In this document: one piece after another, positions 63,576 through 64,000 of the stretch | Numbering within the stretch: position 1 is the stretch's first letter | Layout of the letters: every line of letters starts with the position of its first letter | Source: Eledone cirrhosa | Taxonomy: Eukaryota | Assembly: GCA_964016885.1 (NCBI GenBank) | Contig: OZ024746.1 | Coordinates: 11,780,001-11,844,000 of the forward strand | Length of the DNA stretch: 64,000 nt | Reading direction: 5' to 3' | Notes under the pieces: model-generated | What the model was told of the DNA's origin: nothing | Database searches by the model: none | What the model saw: only the letters and a program-made list of their open reading frames with translations | Position numbers and translations under genes: made by a program

Positions 63576-63782
63576 TTAACCCTTTTAGCATTTAACCTGG
63601 CCATATCCAGCCAGAATTCTCTCACCCCTTTCTGTTCGAACCGGCCACTCATACTTCTGTTAAGGTATTGTTCTCAAAATAAATAATATCAAAATCTCAG
63701 AGATTCAATATTATGTGAAATAAAGTGTTTACTGTGAAAATACAATAGTACATATAGAGTAATATAAATGCTAAAGGGATAA
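63576..63782 (+). mobile_element. TTAA-flanked MITE family 1
   Basis: ttaacccttttagcattt..aaatgctaaagggataa. Confidence 0.85.
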
Positions 63783-64000
63783 TCATATTCTACCTATCAT
63801 TACTTACCTTTACTAAAATAAAGAGATTCTTATAAAATCCACTTAGTCGAATTTCTTTCATAATTTATTCATAGGACATCATGATATTGAACAACCAGTA
63901 GATGAGTCTATAGTAAATAATAATTGTACCATAGTCAATATACTTAACTCTCTGTACCCCAGTACACCTAACTAGGTTAGATGGCTCATCACAGTATGCA

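Overview
AT-rich, repeat-dense eukaryotic DNA with no host protein-coding gene that I can support. The SINE/RTE content and abundant microsatellites resemble a cephalopod (octopus-like) genome, which is an inference. The largest feature is a ~4 kb CR1-clade LINE (~1560-5575). It has a PHD-like/poly-Q ORF1, an endonuclease-RT ORF2, three disabling lesions and a duplicated 3' end. Other elements are fragments of two RTE-type LINE families, CRE-like LINE pieces with a restriction-like endonuclease, one full-length and one partial mariner, a decayed probable Academ-type transposase, several MITE families and many tRNA-derived SINEs. The most notable observations are: two different SINEs inserted antisense at the same ~10 bp site of a third SINE family; a reconstructable nest of MITE, CRE, tandem duplication, deletion and RTE at 31.8-34.9 kb; a PHD-like finger inside an RTE reverse transcriptase; modular SINEs sharing one head; and an unexplained ~23 bp motif seen seven times. 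All coordinates and alignments were read by eye. I found no convincing new multi-gene system.
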